Shown here: positions 60,227 through 64,000 of the stretch, in pieces
How positions within the stretch are numbered: position 1 is the stretch's first letter
How the letters are laid out: each line of letters starts with the position of its first letter
From: Solirubrobacterales bacterium
GTDB taxonomy: Bacteria > Actinomycetota > Thermoleophilia > Solirubrobacterales > 70-9
Assembly (NCBI GenBank): GCA_044868125.1
Contig: JBIOWB010000143.1
Location: forward strand, 2,150-66,149
DNA: 64,000 bases
Direction: 5' to 3'
Position numbers and translations under genes: made by a program
Notes under the pieces: model-generated
What the model saw: only the letters and a program-made list of their open reading frames with translations
Databases searched by the model: none
What the model was told of the DNA's origin: nothing

Positions 60227-62851
60227 CTACTTCGCGGCGAGCCAGTCGGGCCCGACGCCGATATCGACCTCGAGCGGTGGATCGAGCTCATAGGCGGCGC
60301 ACATCTCCCGCCGCACCAGCTCGGTGGCGCCGTCCATCTCGGCCGGCGGCCCCTCGAACAGCAGCTCGTCGTGGATCTGCAGGACGAGGCGGGTCTCGCC
60401 GCCCAGCTCGCGCAGCGCTCGCTGACAGCGGACCATCGCGACCTTGATGATGTCGGCCGCGGTGCCCTGGATCACGGTGTTGACCGCCAGACGCTCGCCG
60501 AGCCGGCGGGTGTTTGGGTTGCCGGAGCGCAGCTCGGGGATCGGGCGGCGCCGGCCCATCAGCGTCGTCACGTAGCCCTCCTCCTGCGCCCGCTCGACGA
60601 CCTCCTCGCGGAAGGCGCGGACCGCCGGGAAGCGCTCCAGGTAGCGGGCGACGAATTCCTCCCCCTCCTTGCGGGGGATGTTGAGCCGGTCGGCGAGGCC
60701 GAAGCCGGTGAGGCCGTAGACGATGCCGAAGTTGACCATCTTCGCCTTCGAGCGCTGGCCAACGTCGACCTCGTCGCGGCCGATCTCGAAGACCTCGGCG
60801 GCGGTCGCCGCGTGGACGTCTTCGCCGGCCCGGAAGACGTCCTTGAGCACGACCTCGTCGGCGACGTGGGCAAGCACCCGGAGCTCGACCTGGCTGTAGT
60901 CGGCGGAGAGCAGCTGGGCACCCTCTTCGGCGACGAAGCAGGCGCGGACCGGGCGGCCGATCTCGGTGCGGATCGGGATGTTCTGCAGGTTCGGATTGGT
61001 GCTGGAGAGGCGGCCGGTCGTGGTCGAGGCCTGGTTGAAGGTGGTGTGGACCCGGCCCGTCTTGGGGTCGATCAGGTCGGGAAGCGAGTCGAGATAGGTG
61101 TTCTTGAGCTTGGTCAGCTCGCGCCAGGACTCGATCTTCTCGACGATCGGGTGCTCGTCGCGAATCTGCGCGAGCACGCGGGCATCGGTCGAGAAGCCGG
61201 TTTTGCCCCGCCGCTTGCGGGTCAGCTCGAGCTTCTCGAAGAGGATCCGGCCGACCTGCTGGGGCGAGCCGATCGTGAACTCCTCGTCGGCCAGCTCGAA
61301 GATCTCCTTCTCGAGGGCGGAAATCCGGCCGGCGAAGCCAGCGCCGACCTCAGCCAGTCGCGGGGCGTCGAGCTTGAGCCCCTCCCGCTCCATCGCCGCC
61401 AGCACCTGGACCAGCGGCAGCTCGACCTCGCGCAGCAGCTTCTCCAGTCCCAGCTCCTCTATCCGCGTGCGCTGCAGCTCCGCCAGGGCGACGACCAAGC
61501 GCGCCTCCTCCGGCGGGTCCAGCCCCGCCTCGACCTCCTCGCCGAGCGCCAGCTGACCGTCGTCCTCGTCGGGGGTCGCGGTCGCGCTCTCGGCAAGCCC
61601 GATCCCGGCGTCGGCCGCCAGCTCGGTCAGCTCGTAGGTGCGGCGCTGCGGCTCCAGCAGGTAGGCGGCGATCAGCGTGTCGTGGTCGATGGCCAGCTCG
61701 ACGCCCTGACTGGCGGCGGCGGCGAGCAGGCCGTGGCGACCGCCGCCCAGCGACTTGGCGTCGTGGGCAAGAAAGGCGCGGCCGGCCAGCGCGACCGCCA
61801 GCTCCTCGTGGGTCGAGTTGCCAGCCAGGATCCGCTCGCCTTCGGCCGCCGCCCAACGCTCGCCGTCGATCGCCAGCGCCGCCGGACCCTCGCCGAGCTC
61901 GCCGGGCCCCCCCTCCTCGACCTCCACCTCGAGCTCGTGCTCGACGCTGCGGCCGGGAACCGCCTCGCCCTCGGGCAGGGCTTCTTCGAGCCGCTCCATC
62001 ACCGCCCGCAGCTCGAACTCGCGCATGAAGTCGCGCAGCACGCCGCGGTCGGGCTCGGCGTTCATCGCCGCCGCCAGGTCGACTCCGGCATCGATCTCGT
62101 ACTGGAGCGTCGCCAGCTGCTTCGACATGCGGGCGTCCTCAGCGTGCTCGACCAGGTTCTGCTTGCGTTTGGCGCCGGAGATCTTCTCGACGTTGGCGAG
62201 GACCGCCTCCAGCGAGCCGAACTCCTGCAGCAGCTGGGTCGCCGTCTTCTCGCCGATTCCCGGCACGCCCGGGATGTTGTCGGAGGTGTCGCCGCGCAGC
62301 CCCATCAGGTCGGTGATCAGCTCCGGGGGCACGCCGTAGCGCTCCAGCACGGCGTCGGTGTCGTAGATCTTCGTCTCGGTGATGCCGCGCGAGGTGCTCA
62401 TCACCCTCACCCCCTCGGCCACTAACTGGTAGGCGTCGCGATCCCCGGTGACCACCATCACCTCGATCCCCTCTTCGCGCGCCTGGCGGGTCAGCGAGGC
62501 GATCACGTCGTCGGCCTCGAACCCCTCGACCTTGACGTTGGTGTAGCCGAAGGCCTCGACCAGCGGCATCAGATGCGGCCATTGCTCGCGCAACAGGTCG
62601 GGGCGAGGTTTGCGCTGGGCCTTGTAGAGGTCGTAGGTCACCTCGCGGCCCGACATCCCCGCGTCCCAAGCGACGACGACGCCCTGCGGGTGGTGCTCGT
62701 CGATGATCTTCACCAGCATCGAGGCGAGCCCGTAGATCGCGTTGGTCGGCCGTCCGTCGCTGGTCCCGATCGACTCCGGCAGCGCGAAGAACGCCCGGTA
62801 GGCGAGCGAGTTGCCGTCGATCAGGAAGAGCTGAGGTGCGTCGGCCGCCAT
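60227..62851 (-). CDS. polA: DNA polymerase I
   Basis: 5' nuclease LFLIDGNSLAYRAFFAL. Polymerase motifs DYSQVELRVLAH, RSKAKMVNFGIVYG, QIHDELLFE. Confidence 0.95.
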   Translation of the reverse strand: MAADAPQLFLIDGNSLAYRAFFALPESIGTSDGRPTNAIYGLASMLVKIIDEHHPQGVVVAWDAGMSGREVTYDLYKAQRKPRPDLLREQWPHLMPLVEAFGYTNVKVEGFEADDVIASLTRQAREEGIEVMVVTGDRDAYQLVAEGVRVMSTSRGITETKIYDTDAVLERYGVPPELITDLMGLRGDTSDNIPGVPGIGEKTATQLLQEFGSLEAVLANVEKISGAKRKQNLVEHAEDARMSKQLATLQYEIDAGVDLAAAMNAEPDRGVLRDFMREFELRAVMERLEEALPEGEAVPGRSVEHELEVEVEEGGPGELGEGPAALAIDGERWAAAEGERILAGNSTHEELAVALAGRAFLAHDAKSLGGGRHGLLAAAASQGVELAIDHDTLIAAYLLEPQRRTYELTELAADAGIGLAESATATPDEDDGQLALGEEVEAGLDPPEEARLVVALAELQRTRIEELGLEKLLREVELPLVQVLAAMEREGLKLDAPRLAEVGAGFAGRISALEKEIFELADEEFTIGSPQQVGRILFEKLELTRKRRGKTGFSTDARVLAQIRDEHPIVEKIESWRELTKLKNTYLDSLPDLIDPKTGRVHTTFNQASTTTGRLSSTNPNLQNIPIRTEIGRPVRACFVAEEGAQLLSADYSQVELRVLAHVADEVVLKDVFRAGEDVHAATAAEVFEIGRDEVDVGQRSKAKMVNFGIVYGLTGFGLADRLNIPRKEGEEFVARYLERFPAVRAFREEVVERAQEEGYVTTLMGRRRPIPELRSGNPNTRRLGERLAVNTVIQGTAADIIKVAMVRCQRALRELGGETRLVLQIHDELLFEGPPAEMDGATELVRREMCAAYELDPPLEVDIGVGPDWLAAK

Positions 62852-62863
62852 CGGGCGACCACT

Positions 62864-63703
62864 TTACGAGTCGAGCCCGAGCGCGTCCCGCAGGTCGGCC
62901 GCAACCTCGGCCGGTCGCTCGTTCAACTGGAGTTCGCTGAAGCGACGGACGTCGAAGCCACGGCGCCGCAGGTCGAGGTCCCGCTGCCGGTCGTCCTGAA
63001 AGGCGACCCTGCCGCGGTGGTAGCGGTAGAAGTCGGTCTCGACCACGACTCGCTCGACCCGCCAGAGGAAGTCGACCGTCCAGCGCCCCAGCTTCACGTT
63101 GACCTCGGGAGCGGGAATGCCGTAGCGGTGGCAGAGGTCGAGGAAGTCGTCCTCCAAATCGCTCCGCGTCCCGACAGCATCGACGTCTGGTTCGAGTTGG
63201 AAGCCGAGCAGCTCCGCCTGGCGAACCGCACGCCGCACCCAACGCGGCGGGACAGATCCTTCGAGGTCGGAGATCGTCCGAGCGGGCGTCGTGACGGGGA
63301 TGCGTTCGTGGAGGGTGACCGACTGCCCCGCAAGGGTCGTGCAGCGGTGCAGCCGGATGCCCTGCCGCCTCGCCCTGCCGCTCTGCGTGGGGACCGACAC
63401 ATCGAGCGGTCCGGCGATCGGCCGCAACAAACCCCAAAGCACGGCGGCGCTGCCATGGCTCAGAACCGCGCCCGGTCCGCAGGCAAGTACGGCGGCCATC
63501 CAGCGACGCTCAGGGCTCGGGGCGACGTGGCCAACGGCGTAGACGCCGCGGTGGAGCCGGTGGAGCCGCCCGGTGCGAACCCGGTGATGCACCCGGTGCT
63601 TGTCGATGCCGGCGGCAGCAAGCTGCCTCACCGACACGATCCCGTGCTGGCGGGCCGCCAATCGGGCGATCGCGGCATCGGACGAGGCGAGTTGGTCGGA
63701 CAT
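62864..63703 (-). CDS. DUF559-type (Vsr-like endonuclease fold) protein with N-terminal AbiEi-like wHTH region
   Basis: N-terminal AIARLAARQHGIVSVRQLAAAGIDKHRVHHRVRTGRLHRLHRGVYAVG. C-terminal VVETDFYRYHRGRVAFQDDRQRDLDLRRRGFDVRRF. Confidence 0.7.
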   Translation of the reverse strand: MSDQLASSDAAIARLAARQHGIVSVRQLAAAGIDKHRVHHRVRTGRLHRLHRGVYAVGHVAPSPERRWMAAVLACGPGAVLSHGSAAVLWGLLRPIAGPLDVSVPTQSGRARRQGIRLHRCTTLAGQSVTLHERIPVTTPARTISDLEGSVPPRWVRRAVRQAELLGFQLEPDVDAVGTRSDLEDDFLDLCHRYGIPAPEVNVKLGRWTVDFLWRVERVVVETDFYRYHRGRVAFQDDRQRDLDLRRRGFDVRRFSELQLNERPAEVAADLRDALGLDS

Positions 63704-63780
63704 ATTGCGACTAAGTCGCCTGGGCCACTCGTTTCTCCCTCCAGGGGGCCGGAGCGGGGAATCTGATTCGATAGCCGCCG

Positions 63781-64000
63781 ATGGCCGTCAGCGCCCAATA
63801 CAGCGTCACGATCCGCGTCGAGCTCGACGCGCGCCAGGAGCCGCTGGGCAAACTGACTGCGGCGATCGCCGAGGCGGGAGGTCAGCTGCAGGGGGTCGAC
63901 CTGGTCCCGGGAGCGGGACCGGAGGGCAAGCGCGTCCGCGAGTTCACGATCGACGCCCAGGACCGCGAGCACTGGGAGAAGATCCTGCGGGCAATCGGCT
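63781..64000 (+). CDS. 5' part of a gene starting with an ACT-like domain (possibly an ACT-fused malic enzyme); truncated by the window end
   Basis: Open frame from ATG 63781 to the window end with high GC3. MAVSAQYSVTIRVELDARQEPLGKLTAAIAEAGGQLQGVDLV... is an ACT-type beta-alpha-beta start. Confidence 0.4.
   Translation, partial: MAVSAQYSVTIRVELDARQEPLGKLTAAIAEAGGQLQGVDLVPGAGPEGKRVREFTIDAQDREHWEKILRAIG

Noticed and set aside
62864-63703. The DUF559/AbiEi-like protein next to polA, considered as a possible toxin-antitoxin or defence gene.
   Set aside because: It is a single gene with no partner nucleotidyltransferase or other defence neighbours. This family occurs in many paralogs scattered across actinobacterial core regions.

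Overview
This is a 64-kb chromosomal segment of roughly 70% GC. Gene content and local synteny look like the core genome of a high-GC Gram-positive (Actinomycetota-like) organism; the taxon is inference only. I support about 62 protein genes and one tRNA-Gln(CUG). I found no rRNA, no CRISPR array and no intact mobile element.

Housekeeping blocks:
- LAL/LuxR regulator, dtd, Na+/H+ antiporter, thrC, leuS, and a heterodimeric ABC exporter.
- A minus-strand run of two APC-Usp permeases, a trkA pair and an FAD oxidoreductase.
- An lldD-like oxidase and hppA.
- A long minus-strand run: FmdB-like, UDG, tsaE, a small secreted protein, tsaB, rimI, tsaD, grx-like, rex, ybdK.
- panC-panD-panB, a tyrosinase module, a ROK glucokinase with a sugar ABC importer, and uvrA/uvrB.
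- An MFS-SLT-coaE-rpsA run, then polA.

The six-frame track is dominated by long alternate-frame ORFs typical of high-GC DNA, and I discarded these. I did not find a convincing novel multi-protein system, and there is no defence-island signature. The observations worth a second look are mostly at the RNA/DNA level:
1. A compact four-way-junction (cloverleaf-like) structure in the 300-nt spacer downstream of one of two paralogous XRE genes. The other XRE paralog has a related structured 3' element.
2. A modular structured element of about 200 nt repeated downstream of the ABC exporter and of hppA. Its G-U wobble asymmetry fits the transcript strand.
3. A three-copy palindromic element family positioned over leaderless-type promoters.
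4. Several genes that can only start at non-ATG/GTG/TTG codons, including dtd, whose ATT codon immediately follows an in-frame TAG.
5. A LeuS with apparently degenerate editing motifs and no C-terminal domain.
6. A relic copy of the panB 3' end that brackets an inserted ORF.
7. A translationally coupled tyrosinase / lid-domain / mini-membrane-protein module.

All functional calls rest on motif recognition by eye. No database search was run.
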